The translations under genes and the position numbers were made by a program. DNA of 25,205 nt, from the IMG/VR virus record IMGVR_UViG_3300005805_000451, positions 1 to 25,205 of that record; one strand, given 5' to 3'. The stretch is from a virus. Its lineage: Duplodnaviria > Caudoviricetes. Numbering within the stretch: position 1 is the first letter of the stretch; every line of letters begins with the position of its first letter. Shown here one piece after another: positions 25,073 through 25,205 of the stretch. The notes under the pieces are model-generated. The model saw nothing but the letters and a program-made list of their open reading frames with translations, was not told the origin of the DNA and did not search any database.

Positions 25073-25205
25073 TCAGTCGATTTGGATTTTGTCAAACACT
25101 TCGGCTCGAGCATTGAGCATCGCCCAATGAAAAGCGTCCATGAAAATCTGCTGCTTCTCTGCCGACCGAAACTCTCGCTCGGCGTGGGCTCGAGCCTCGG
25201 CGGCC
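25073..25205 (-). CDS. 3' end of a hypothetical protein (truncated by window)
   Basis: open frame ...EREFRSAEKQQIFMDAFHWAMLNARAEVFDKIQID-stop, followed by a terminator. Confidence 0.55.
   Translation of the reverse strand, partial: AAEARAHAEREFRSAEKQQIFMDAFHWAMLNARAEVFDKIQID

Noticed and set aside
6776-25205. Plus-strand ORFs in the track over the right-hand region
   Set aside because: They overlap well-supported minus-strand genes that have SDs, coupling and promoters
1-25205. tRNA, rRNA, transposase, integrase, reverse transcriptase or virion structural genes
   Set aside because: None recognisable by eye; phage origin is inferred from gene content and organisation only

Overview
Fragment of a large tailed-phage genome, most likely infecting Actinobacteria (whiB gene, Gram-positive/actinobacterial LexA boxes, a leaderless gene). 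Left part (1-8800): whiB, two ribbon-helix-helix-like genes, a replication initiator C-terminal-like/G39P-like loader pair (the latter apparently with a CTG start), a DUF1599 protein, an HA-HTH fusion and a MoxR-AAA+/VWA pair. Right part (8800-25205): an array of about 24 short minus-strand transcription units carrying about 40 small, mostly hypothetical ORFs. Each unit is driven by the same promoter (TTTGGAAATTTGGTATTN-N7-TANNNT). The intergenic DNA has its own grammar: a helically phased AGCCCCG motif, often paired as AGCCCCG-N25-CGGGGCT; an alternative strand-polarised TGACGGTGGTGGAA box; an ACTACTA leader before the SD; three perfect SOS boxes; and a parS-type palindrome. Two adjacent units share both flanks but carry unrelated ORFs, which suggests cassette shuffling. 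All motif counts were made by eye, and family calls come from motif recognition, not database searches.
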